Source of the DNA: Anthoceros angustus
Lineage: Eukaryota; Plantae; Anthocerotophyta
Assembly (NCBI GenBank): GCA_010909165.1
Contig: VJWM01000044.1
Location: 496,001-560,000 of the forward strand
DNA: 64,000 bases
Direction: 5' to 3'
Positions 13,901-27,000 of the stretch are shown piece after piece. Numbering within the stretch: the stretch's first letter is position 1; each line of letters opens with the position of its first letter. Both the position numbers and the translations under genes were made by a program. The notes beneath the pieces are model-generated. The model saw only the letters and a list, made by a program, of their open reading frames with translations. It made no database searches and was not told the DNA's origin.

Positions 13901-16900
13901 TCTGTGAACAAAAAGATGGGAGAAAATTGGTGCAATTGTACTAGCCAGACTGCGGAAACACTGCGGATGTCTCAGAAGAATGTCGAGAGCAATTGTCTTA
14001 TGTGCCCCATGCAAACGGGGCAACAGATCAATAACCATACTCACATACTGCTCGAGAAAGACAGGGAAACGCAAGGTAGCTTTGTTCAGAATATTCAGAA
14101 ACCGATCAAAGTCAGATGACTTAAAATGAGAATGGAGTACTTTCTTTAAAGGAGATTCTAACATCTCGCCATCCCTGTTAGAATTTGTTTCATTTCGTTG
14201 CTTCATGGCCATTCCCAGGAGTTCTGCTGACGCCTCATAAATGTCCTTTGACCTGCTGCTCAGGTTGACAATCAAGGCCTGGTACATGTCTTCCTCTGTG
14301 CCTGCTGCTTGGGGATCAAAGAGGGGGAGCCCAGATGCCACAATGGTACCCAAAAGCTGTAGGCCAGCAGACCTTTGTATCAAGTTTGGCTTGTCATTGG
14401 TATTTGTGTTCCTCCCTCCAGCAACAATGTAGTCATAGACGATGGCAAAATCAATGTGGATGTGGTCCTTCCAGGTTCCCATGAAGAGCCGAATAATAGA
14501 TATATTTCCTCTAAGAACAGGTCTAGATTCATGCACTGCGATGCGCATCAAGTGATTTACCAAGTTAGACCCAACTGCAGCATCAGGGGGACTTGGAAGT
14601 TCCCACTGTAGCAGACAGACACACATTTCTCGAAGGATGTAGTGAAACCTCATCCCACCAGTTTTTGAGGGCTCACTGATGATGGCCATAACAAACGGAC
14701 GGAACCATTCTGCAGCATAAGGAGCAAAGACCGCACTGAACTTTGTCACCAGCTTCACAAGAAACAGACGAACATTGTTATGTGTGGCCAAACTGTTCAA
14801 CGATGAGTGTAATGCCCGCATCCACTCTGGCATCTGCTGACGGTTAGATCGATGGCATTCAAACTTTGTGATCAGCTGGTCTATCAACCTTGAAACAACT
14901 CCCATACATGGATGCCTGTCAAAGTCATCATCCAAGCTGTCCATCCCCATCACCACCTGATTGCTGGGGGCACCTGATTGCTGGGGCTCTCCTTCACTAC
15001 CGATTGCTGCAGCCGCACTTGACTCCGGACCATCATCCCTCCTGCTTTCTGCCAAAAACGTTCGTATGACTGCTGGTTCCTGGCTCAAGGTACCACCAAT
15101 AATGTACTGTGAGGACAGTGTTCCAGATATGCTCTCTGGCCCGTTTGCCCCATGTTTTCTTTTACTCTGCAAACCTCTCACAGCCTCGGATGACGCTTCC
15201 AGGGAACTGGTTTCAACAGGAAGATTATCGTACACCTTGCTGCAGTCCACTAAATGCTGCCATACTGAACCTAAGGGACCACCCTCTTTGAACAAGAACA
15301 CCGAGAAGAACTTCTCGTTTTCTTGTGTGCGAGATATAATTGCAGCCAAACAGTTATAAGCAGCAACATGAAGATCCCGCCAAAGAGGCACGTTCTTTTC
15401 CAAGGGATCATTTTTGGCTCGTGCATCCTCATTAGCAATTTTCATCAGTCTATTATTCGGAACAACAGGAGTAATTGTATCTCTTATGAGGGGGTCCTCA
15501 GCATTGATGAACAAGAGTTCCAAGATGTTGTAATAACAGATTCTGACAATCAGGTACTCTTCCTCCTTTTCAGCATCCACACTGTCTATGCTGTCAATCC
15601 GCTTGCCAAGCACATCTACAAAGGCCTGGATGTGTTCTGCATACCATCCTACAACCTGAAGAGGGGAACAGGTACGCACAAGAGGAGGAAACACAACTGT
15701 TGCAATGGCTCGTCTCAAAGACGGTGGTTGCCTTGTATCTGTTACTACACCATGGCACGAACTAAGAGCATCAACCTGTTTCCCATCTATGCCTGTTCCA
15801 AAGGCATGGAGTGCTTCTGACACTTTGTTTGCAGAAACTTTTGTGGGATACTGCAAAATTGGAAAGAGAACGTCCAGAAGCTCAAGGCTCTTGCTTGTAG
15901 AGATCGCATGCAGGATTCTGTCCAAAATATTTTCATACCTAGTTCTCTGATGAGACTGAGGAGGTATGTCCTTCTCACCAACCAGTAAATAGTCTGTAAC
16001 AATTCTGGTCAAGGACCTAGCTACTTGACGACCAAAGTCTTGGCCAATACTGTAAGAGAGAAAGAGAGGGGCAAGCACAAGACAGTCGCCTTTCAGGGTC
16101 AGTATGGAATCTCTCTCCGATGCACTCCCTTCTAGCTGCGATGCATTCAAAAAGGACAAAAAAGCATCCACAATAAACTGGGAAGATGGTGGTCCCAGCA
16201 CCACATTATGGTGACAGTCAAGAATCATGAGCTTTCTCATTATCTCAAGAAAAAATTGCTTCTCAGACAGTCCTGAAGACTGTGAACAGCAGGGTTCAAG
16301 ATAGCCGACTTGATTCACAAACTCCACCAAGAAGCTGTGCTTGGTAATATCCTCAGACGATTTCAAAACCTCATCTAAGAGTGCATCCAGAAGCATTCTC
16401 GATGTCATATTGGTAACAGCTGATTGGAGTATTTTAGGCAAAGAAACCTTGTAGGCAAATTTCACCTGCTGAATAATTGTCTTTCTGAAATTGACGTAGA
16501 AGATATTTCCTGCTGTCAATTTCCTATCTGATTGGGCTTGAACTATCCTGTCATCAAAGACCAGCTCCAATAGTCGTTGCACTCTGACACCCAGAATGCG
16601 TGATACTGTAAGCATATCCAATGCGAGAGGCTCCAGGGCAGGGGGGCAGTCTCTTTCCAGCTTAAAAACTGATAGCATGAGTTGCTCTCCAATTTTTTGT
16701 CTCTCAGCTTCGTCAAGAGATGAGGTCAAAATCCGCGCCCGATGCATCAGCTGGAGGCCTTTCAGCAGGTTTTTAAGGTCTGCCAAGCTTTCCTCTCTCT
16801 CTCCAGCAGCGTCAAGTGATAAGTGCCATGTTTCTCTTCTCATATATTGCCTCAGGCATTCTATTACGCCTGACTTCATAGTAGAAGGTCCATAACCCAT

Positions 16901-19900
16901 TAGTTGAATAGTAATGCTAGCCACCTCATCATCACTCTGAACCTCCAAAAATATGACACCAAGCTGCCTTGGTTTCACAAAAAGTAAAGCCAAGAAATGG
17001 TGGAAGTTGGGGTCGCCAGTTGGAATTATTGATTCTCCATTTGCCGACACATCAGATTCAGAAGAGAGAACTGGCTTCTTCACTTCTATTTCAAGCCTAC
17101 AAACTTCCAGACAAAACTGTAAAAAGTACTTCACTGAGGAAGATTTCAATCTCAAGTGAGAGTCTCTTTCTGCTGGGGTAAGAGCCTCAATAACATGATC
17201 ATCCTGTCCACTCAGCATGCATTCAAGATATCTGGGTATCTCGGCAAGAGTTCCCAAGCCCTGTAACCTTTCTCTACCCACCAACTTCTCTTGTAGGGCC
17301 CACGTAAGCCAATGCCACGACCTTGAAAGATCTCTGAGCCATGCTTCCACTTGAGGAATTGCCAGAAAAGATTCTGGACGCCTTTCAACTATGCCATATG
17401 AATCAAGCTTGACACGAGATTCATCTTGTAGAACAAACCAACTTGCTGCTGAGCCACCTGCAGAGCACAGAGGTTTGAAACAGGTGAATGATCCACAAAT
17501 TTCTGAACCAGAACCAGCGAAGAGATTAAAGGAGTGAGAGACAAGGACTGAGGCAGGGGACTCGAATCCTGTGACACTGTATTCTAGCTGATACCTGGAA
17601 GTGACAGGCAGATTGAAGAAAATAGACGCATGCACCTCAAACGACACTTCTCTTGTGGTCTCCCTGTCTCTAGAAATAACCATCCCAGGAAGTCATCAAT
17701 GGTTTGAAAAAGGAGCCTGTGCTTGTTCTTTTCTTGGAGAGACGCGAGTGATAGCTTGATCAACTTTTCCAGGTAACCAAGTGCCCTATTGAGCTGCTTC
17801 ACCGTTCCTGTTCGAGTAAATTCATGGTTAGCCAAGCTTGCAGCGAGCTCCACCATGACCATCAGGCACATTGTCCCAGACAGCAAACTTACCAATCTGC
17901 TCACTGTCACTTTCAGCAAGGCGCAGGCTTTTAACAGCATAAAAAGTAAACTCAAGAATATGCCGTCCAACAATGCTATTGTTTTGCCTCAGCACTGGAT
18001 ACATGTGCTGTGCAGCCATAGCAGCGCCCAGGCGGTGGTAGGCATTAGGATGGTCAAGGCGGTTGTATATGCGACGAAGCGTGGATGTAACATTCACAAA
18101 GTTGTCAACCTCCACAGGAGAATGGCGAACAGACCAATGCAAGAACTCCCCAAAACAGTTGGCACAAAATTCTCTGCACAACCGACGAAATGGTTGAGCT
18201 TGGATGTCACAACGAGTATCTAAACAGGATGCACAAGATGAAAGACAACCTCAGGGGTCCATGATGACACACCTAAGGGAGCCATTCTCAGCTTGAACTA
18301 GCCCATCTAGAATGCTGTCCAGAAGAGCCATTGTATCGGGGTTCTCTTTGTTGACATTGCTAGTCAGCCAGTGAATAAGCTGCTTACAGAACTCCTGAAA
18401 AATTTGTCGTGTAACCTAAACAATGAAATTTTTAAAGAGTCAGCGTAACCCAAACAATCACGATATTCAAGAGCCAGTGTGTTCCACACGGACTGCAAGC
18501 TATACTCTTGTCCGAATGCTAATTCAGTCCGGGCAAACCTTGCAATATCTTGAAAGGAACAGGCAGAGATGCATTACTGTTGCATCGAGTGAACTTATAC
18601 CAGATCCACATCTGTAGCCAGCTGCAGAATGCTAGGGAACACCCTTCTGTAGATCTTGTCAAATGGCACCTGCAGCAACCAAGCATGCTTCAATCCATCA
18701 AGGAGTATGTTTCAGAGCAATGCTGTCTAAATCATTCCATCTTCAACTGGACCACATTAGCAAAGGATGTAGATGGTCTTACTCTCTCTGAGTTTGCAGC
18801 TCTCGTTTGCAAGGGTCCCTTTGCTGCACTCCCTAGCATCAAGAGGCAAAGAGCATGAAGGAGTTCACATGCAGTGATCTTTGTTCTTCTGTCACTAGAG
18901 AAAAGTCCAAGTTCCACCACTCTTGGTAGTAAAGTATCTACAGGGCACGCACTCTGTCAGCAAACATGGGACACACTAGAAAGAAGATGCATGCGCTCTG
19001 ATTACTCTAAGCATGCACCGAGCGCCCATCAGCATCACAAGAATCTCTCCAGATCAGGGTACATGATATTTCTCCCTCAAGATCAGGGTCTGTTCTCCTA
19101 CCACCATTGATATCCTATTAACTTCTGAAGGGAGGTGGCTTACCAAGCCAAATATCAGGTTTTACATCCCTGAATGGAAGGACATACTTCACACGGTCAC
19201 CAGAGTCCCAAGAAAGTCCACCAGGTCCGGCAATTTGCAAATGATTGGAACCTGTTACCAGGTAATGCGCAAATCTGCCGATGCGGCCAAGAAATTGCTG
19301 AACCCTGACTTGAGTTTTCTGAAAAGGCTCTGGCTGCCAATCGATGACAAATCCTTGTAAGTACCAGCATGCAAAGTGAAACAACAAAATCACTGCACAC
19401 TTTCACCGAGAATGTTCGACCTCTATCCTCTGCTTAGCTGATCGTGCTGTTGTACTTCTGGTGCTCTTCAAAGAAGAACCTTGTCGTTTAGCTACATCAG
19501 GATCATCTAAAGAGGCTGATGATTCCACCTCAATTAGGTAGTCACCTAACCCGGGGACAATCCTGTGCAGGTAAGACTCAAGCTCTCTTGGTCGAAACAA
19601 CAGCTGCCTTTCCAGTGCATCCATAGCAACCATCGCCAGGGGGTTGTATGTGTTGCCATGTAAAGGAAGAATACAAATCTACCAGACTGTATACTGTCTG
19701 CAAGAGTGACTACCATGCACCAGACTCTTTCTTGCTGCGACAGACACCTTCACCACAAGCCCCACAGATCTGCTTAGACAAGCACATACAACACACAAAA
19801 CTAACTACAAAAGGCAAAGTAAAAGGATATCTTAGGCCGATTCTCAATGCATTGTGAAGTGGGCCAACCATGGAAGAGATCCCAATCAATTCAGGAGGTG

Positions 19901-22900
19901 CAGTTAGACACAGACGCAGGCATGCGGCTAACAATTCGAGTTTGTATCGTCTGCTAGCCACTATGACTTCCTGCAAGTACCGCCGAAATAATTCCTTGCA
20001 AAGCTGCCGGTCATTTGGCGGAGCAGGATACTTCAAAGCAGAACTTGAACTGAAAAAGCCCTCCTTATCAGCAACGCTTATAGTTACAGCTAGAAGCTTG
20101 TAGAAGCCGCTGATTAGCGGGTAATAACTAGAAAGCTCAATCAAGCACTGGCCGAAGGTGTAAGTCCATTTCACAAATAGAGGAGCATTGCACCTGTCAT
20201 CACAAACCACATTGTTAAGCCAGAGAACACAGTGTGGTCAGAGAACACTGACTGCCTGACTCGCCTGTACCTAGAGAGAAGGTCTTCAGTAAACTCCACC
20301 TACAGACAAACAGCCAGAATTGTTAATACCACTTGACTTGAGTGTACCTGATTAAGCAAGACTTGTCAGATTCCACTCAGTTGTGTCCCCAAAAACTGTA
20401 CAGTTAGACATCTACCAGTTTCAGATACTTTTGCATCTGAACAGCATCCTGTGGTTCTACTAGATCCATCTCTGCCTCTGGCTCCACATTCCCAGCTCCA
20501 GCTGCCTCTGGGGTGACACAATCAGAATAAAATCAGCAAGAGAAACACTACAAATTTGCCGGTCTTCCATATTTTGGTTCAAAATGAAATGAGGGACAAC
20601 AAAACGGATTCCTCAGCTCGCACCAAGACCTAATGTTAACCTAGTATCCAAGTCTACAGAGACACCAGCTGGGTACCCTTACTCCTTTGACAGGAATTGC
20701 GGTCAACAGCAGACCTGCCAAAACCAAAAACCAGACCTGATTCGCCCGCTTGAGATTCTATGCTTGTTGGCCTGACCCTGTACTTGATATTCAGCTCCAT
20801 CATCAATTTGATTATACTTCGCATCATAGAGTCAAAGACTAATTCACGCACATAGTCCCTGTTTAGACCAGGGTCTCTGATGCTTGAGACCACAAGTTCC
20901 TCCGCATCCTCTTCTGCATCCTCTTCTCTGTATTGCTCCGTTCTATCGGTCACTGGCAGTCCAACAGAATCGAAGTCCATTACATGTGCCCAGAGATCCA
21001 CATATTCCCGCCACAACTGATCACCAAACTCAACCGCTAGAGCTTCCCTAGGATCTGTGGCTCTTTCAAGCGAAGACCAAACTGCACACAAAGAACCAAC
21101 AATTACAAAAGAATGAAGGCAAAGAGAACTGGCAATGGAGGAGCTTCCACAGCTGATTGTATGCAGAGTTACTGACCAATATTGCTGAGGAATATTGTGA
21201 ATATCGCCCCTTTGGAATAAAGAGCACCAAACAGCCTTTGCAGGCTCAAATACACCGGTTTCTTTTGCTTCCGAAACAGACTAGGAAACTGGAAGAAGAT
21301 GCTCCCAGTAATCTGCAAGTAATAAGTTAGAGAAAAGGTCTAAAGCAAGCAAGATTTTTTGTTCCCACATTGTAGAAAAAATGAGGCCACTGTCTGAAAA
21401 ATGATCACCAACCTCTGCAATAAAGGAAACCATGGAGTCCTCTATATCATCCAGTTCAGCTATGATATCAGCAAAAGATCCTATCAATGTCACAGAATAT
21501 CCTAGAGAACCATCCTGACCATCCTTAGCTCTGCAGATTCGGATATGTCATGTCACCGTGGTCAGAACCAGATTCAAAGCGAACTAAGGATCCAGAACAT
21601 AATGAGTGAAAGGTGAAAGAATGCTTTCTCCCAGCTTCGTAGACAACAATTAACACACCAATGAACTGACAATCCCAAGATGACAGAGTTGGAAGGGTTG
21701 GCACCTGCGTGCAAAGGGTACAAGCCTGTGGAATGCTTGTTTCAGGCTCTCTCTCCCAGAGTACTTCACAATTGCAGGTGACAATTTCCCCAGTGCACGA
21801 ATTGCAACTGAAACAAGCTTGTGATGACTATCCTGAGACTGTAAGATCTCCAAGGTATCCTTCATAAAGCTCTGTCACCAATAACCAGGCAAGGAAGCAG
21901 GAAGCACCACGGCTATATGAAGAGCACCAGGAGGTTCCAAAATGAACTTCTCGACAATCAGACTTCGCATGCTGTAATTGGTCCATGGGAGGCTCTGGGC
22001 CAATACCTTGTATATCTGAAGCGGATTCTGAATCCGCCCATCACCAGATGCTAAAGAGCTCCCAACCTGCCATTAGAACATTCAGAGAGTGGCCCCAGTG
22101 GACCTTACAGTTTGTACTGCCATCGCTGCAAAATGAAAAACACCATGGCACATAGATGGAATGGACTAGACACATACGAAAGTATCATTCTTTGAGCCAC
22201 ATTTCAAGTAGCATACCAAGGGAGGCACTCTACCTCTGTAATAAATGCGTCAAATGCGAGGAGGGCTGCATCTCTTAGTCCTGCATTGTTATGCGTGCTG
22301 CAGAGGCAAACAACAAGTGATATAGGAACAGTATGTGCATGGATAGCTACAAAAAAACACAGCCACCGATATCAGGAACCAATCTAGTATCGCAAGGGAA
22401 CTTAATGGACTGATCAGCTTGCATTTTATTCACAAAGCACATGATTCCATACCAATAAGCCTGTAACCACCCCAAAATTGTGGTGCCGTGTTCCAAAAGA
22501 CGCAGGCGAAAGAGACCCGCATGCCGTGACAAAAGGTGAAGCGCAGCTGCTCTCACAGACAGCATAGCACCACTCAGTGCATACATCCACCATCGGCATG
22601 CACATAGCAGCTGATATCAAACTGACATGTACCTTTCACAACTTCATAGCGCTTCAAATCGTCTCGTACCAGCAGTAACTGCTGTAGGAAGCCGAAGATG
22701 AGCTTGGAATTCTCCACGGAGCCTGATTTCAGTTAAACGTTGATCAATTTGGAAGGACTCTCAGGCTGACCAGAAAGACTGTAGAGACCAAATCGAGACA
22801 ATGTTACACCAGAAACATGCCAGGGGCAATCAATGTCAAATCCGCAAGGCAGTGGTCATGCAATTCAACAGCATCCAGAAGCCTCGAGTAATAGAATCGT

Positions 22901-23861
22901 GTGAGTTATACTGCGATATTCACTCACCTCCTGCAGGCAAGTCATCAACAAACCATGTGAGAAGTGAGTCCAAACACTTGGTTGCCCCTGTGAGAAGGAC
23001 GTAGGCAGGATCCTTCATTTTAATACTCTCAGCGATATCCAGGCACAACTTCAAAACCTCTGCGACATTCCCCTGTGTGAAGGACTTCGGGAAGAACTCC
23101 ACCAGATAACCGAGAAGAACCAATATGTTGCTCTTCACTGTCCACAAACCGACACAAACAAGTGGCACCATCTGATATAAGCTCAGGCATTATAACGAGA
23201 CATGTCATGCACATGCACTGTCAAGCCAATTGAGCCACACAGTGAAAGGAGAAAATGAACCCATGGCATCCTACATGTATTAGAAGTTTTGGCTCTCCTG
23301 AACTCTTTCAAAAGCAGCTGTACAAGCGGATAATCGACAGTAAAGTCGACAGTCTCGGGCTTCAACAACCCCAATTCAAACAAAGCAATCAACAAAGTCA
23401 AGCACGCTGATTGCACGGACTTCGACTCGTCCCTTGCAAAAATGCTGAGACTCTTTTCCTGCAACACCCACGACATCCAATCCACGCCTCAGACCGCGTT
23501 CATCGCACGAGGCGAGCTGGGCAGCCATGGGATCGAACATCACCTTAATTACACGAGCATAAGGCATCGATTTCTCCCCAATCTCCCTGACAAAATCCGC
23601 CAGAAACTCCAACATAGACTCCCGCCCCTTCTGAGCCTCCCTGTCCTTGAGATGCATGAGGCACTCAACCAGGCTGAAGAGCCCATCCTCCTCCTCGAAA
23701 ATCACAGCGCACGCAAGCGCCACGTCCTTGGACGACCCCAGGTCCTTGCTCACGTCCCGCAGGTCCTCCACCAGAGGCTTGAAGTCCACGACAAAGCCCG
23801 TCCTGGACGTCTCAGCCTCGCGCCTCAAGGAGGCGATGCACTTGGCCAATTCCTTGTCCAT
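7970..23861 (-). CDS. PRKDC: DNA-dependent protein kinase catalytic subunit (PIKK family), multi-exon, ~16 kb
   Basis: Kinase motifs KQRPK, VKGGEDLRLDQRIEQLF, GVGDRHLGN, IDFGYSFG, LPVPELIPFRLT. FATC end [26 protein letters not shown] is DNA-PKcs-specific. Other DNA-PKcs-like blocks: HPNAYHRLGAAMA, DRRTKITACELLH, TPLFSATQ/MIRAT. Likely ATG 23861 (MDKELAK). Not all internal exon boundaries were resolved. Confidence 0.95.
19650..19830 (-). other. U12-type (minor spliceosome) AT-AC intron in DNA-PKcs
   Basis: Minus strand: exon ...GGC CTA AG | ATATCCTTTT ... TTCCTTTACatggcaacAC | A TAC AAC CCC CTG GCG ATG. Splicing joins ALRIGL-R-YNPLAMVAMDALE in frame. Confidence 0.88.
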
Positions 23862-24014
23862 CGCTACGCATGCTTCGCACCGCGGACCAGCTCGTCCCAA
23901 GCCTCGCCAGTGCTGAACTAGTCTGTTGTTCGATCTCCCGTTCCGTCCGCGACGACACGCATTTTTTACCCGCGCTCGCTCAAGCAGGAAAGCCTTTGGT
24001 TTTTTAGTTTCAGT

Positions 24015-27000
24015 TCATTGATCAGGCTCGGTGACGAGCTTCAGCTTGAGGCCCATGCTGAGCAGCTCCTGGTACAACAGTTTGCAGGCGTAAGGAATTT
24101 CCAGCTCCACTACGCTCTTGGGAGAGCGGCAGCACAGGCACATGGGCTGTTTTCCGATGCTCTTATGGTCCCTAGTGACCATGAGATGGCAGGTCTTGCA
24201 GTACAAGATTCTGTAGAAATCGGAGAGCACGAAGGTCCTCTCCCAGACCATCCGGGCGCCACCGTGGGCGATGAGGCAGTCACGCTCCATGGTCCCGAAC
24301 CGGACGCCTCCGAACTGGTCCCGTTGCTTCACGGGCTGGCGGGTGAGGGGATTTCGTCGCCCCTCTCCGCGGTATTTGATGGTCTCGGCCACCATGTGGT
24401 TCAGACGTTGGTAGAAGGCGGGGCTGATGGTGATGAGGGCTTCCATCTCGAGCCCCGTCTGGCCGTTATACATGGTCTCCTGGCCCAGCTTCTGGTAGCC
24501 TAGTCTGTGCAGCTCTGCTGCGATGGTCTGGCGGGTGAGGGGAGAGAAGGGCGTGGCATCGCTTCTGCCGAGGCAGTGGCTGGATTGGCGCGCAGGAACA
24601 GCCACCGCCTTGGCGTGCAGGAACTCCATGAGCTGGCCCAGAGTCTGCCTGCTGGGGAAGGCATGGGGGTTGATGATGATGTCCGGGACGATGCCGTCTT
24701 GGGTGAAGGGCATGTCCTCCTGGCGGAACACCTTGCTGATCACGCCCTTCTGCCCGTGTAGGCTGCTGAACTTGTCTCCGACTTCAGGGGCCCGCTGCTT
24801 CCTCATGCGCACTTTGGCGAGGTGGTAGCCGTCCTCTTGGGTGGTCTGGATCACCTGATCGATGCGCATGCCTTGGTGTGAGAGGCGAGCTTTGCTGTCT
24901 TTGCTGCTGATGTCGGTCATGTGGAGTTTGAAATTGCCCGCATCCTCTCCCCCTCTGCCGGCAATCACTTCGCCGAGGGACAGTCTGTGGTTCAGGGGCG
25001 GGAAGCCATCGCTCTCCAGGTGGTCGGAGCCGTCGGGCATCCTGCTGTGCTTGCCATACCCTTCCCCAATGAGCAGGGTGCACTTCTCCGTCCTGTAGTG
25101 CATTGAGCAGAAGAGCCCCCGATCTATGGCCGACTGGTTCATGATCATGGAGTCTTCCTGGTTGTATCCGAGGTAGCAAGCTATGGCCACGATTGCGTTC
25201 TGGCCGTTCGACAATTCATCCTTGCCCAGGCAGGCAGCAGCTCCTGTATTCACCAGCTGGCGTTGCGGGTAGAAGAGCGCATGCGCATTAGTGTCCGACC
25301 TTGCCCGCAAGTTGGTTGTGTAGTTGCCGATGGCCTGCTTGCTATGCTTCTGAGCTTGGTGAGTGTTCCTGGAGCTCTGGTTGTGATTCGCAAATGGAAT
25401 GCTGGAGGCTCCTACACCGAACAGCAGTAAGGGATGGAGCTCGCAGTGCGTGTATGAGCCTCGGTGCGGGTCCTTTTGCGCTGAGGCCAAATCCTCCATG
25501 TCGACAGCAATCAGCGCAGATTCCTCCTCCTCCACTCCCAGGAACTCCACAACGCCCTCCTGTAGGAGGTAGCTGAAGCCATGCTCAGGAGCACTATTCA
25601 GGTGAGCAATATGCTTTGCGTGGATCTTCAGCTTCTGATCTTCCACAATCAGCAACGGTCGCAATGTTCGGCCTGCATCTGCATATATCCTGACCTCCTG
25701 CATCTTGCCATCCTGAACGATCTCCAGCTCATTGAAACCCCTGACCCCCTGTTCGTGGCGTCGCAACTCCCGCACCTCGTGGACCAGGCTGTCAGGCTGG
25801 TGGTGGCAGCCTACCCAGCTCCCGTTCAGAAAAACCTTCCAAGATCTCCTAACTGTCTCGATGCTTGCCATGTTCAACGTTTCCATACCTAAATCCTCAA
25901 GGAAGCCATGGACGATATCCTTCGCAAAATCAGCAGACAAAAAGCTGGACAGAGCAAGCGTCTTCACCAACCCGGAGTTCTCACCCTCAGGATTTTCTAA
26001 AGGACAAACTCTAGACCAATGCGAGTAATTCAGATCACGCGCAGTCGGATCAGCATATCTTCCTTCAGCCCTCATTTTACGAAGCTGGGAGAGCACGCTC
26101 AACGGATTGGTCCGTGACAGATCCCCCACTACTCCAGTCATCTTGGCACTCCTGACACCGATAGCACTCCATTCCCCCGACGAAAATGCTCGTTGGAAGC
26201 CTAACGTGATCAGCTTGGAATCTGTCAGTGTGGTAAGCTTGTTCAAGCTTAAGCCCTTCTTGGAGCTCAAAGCCTTCTGTATCCGCCTCCTCAGTTCAGT
26301 CTTATATCGGCTCATTTGGTTCCGAAACTCCAGACTCATCAGATACCCAGCCAGATCCACACGCTTGTTCCTGAGGTCATCTTTGTCATCGACTTCATCC
26401 CGGCCCAGGTAACAGCAACACAGCCTGTACACCATGTACCCGAGCACAAACGCTTTTGCCTTGTTGCCGAGGCCCTCTTGATCAAAGAGCTTGCTCAAAG
26501 CATTCTGCGCACTGGCAACTTCATCAGGTCCCATCCCATCCTTCACCTTGGAGCCGATGAACTTCAACGAATCCAGCTCCCGTGCAGAGACGTTCACACT
26601 CCTGCTTTTAAGCTTCAAGAAGCGTGACACTTCTCGGTCTGCATGGCGTATGAAACCAAGAACCAGCTCCACCATCTCCGCATCATGTGCGTCATTAGGG
26701 ATGATAGCTTGGAGCACCTCCTTATCAGACGCAACACCAAGTGCTCGCATCCCGATTACCACCGGAACCTGGTCAGGCACATCTCTCAAACGCACAGTGC
26801 ACAATTGAGATCCACATGGATCCGAACCAGCAGCAGCCTTCAGAAACACAGCGTTCCTGTACATGGCATTAGACCCCGGGCACTCCCCGAGCGAGCATGC
26901 AATAAAGCCAGGCTTCTTGCGCATGCGCGCAACAGTGATGCGTTTCCTGAAAGCATGCTCCTGCGGAAACAGCACTTTCTCTGCCCCCTTGATGATAAAA

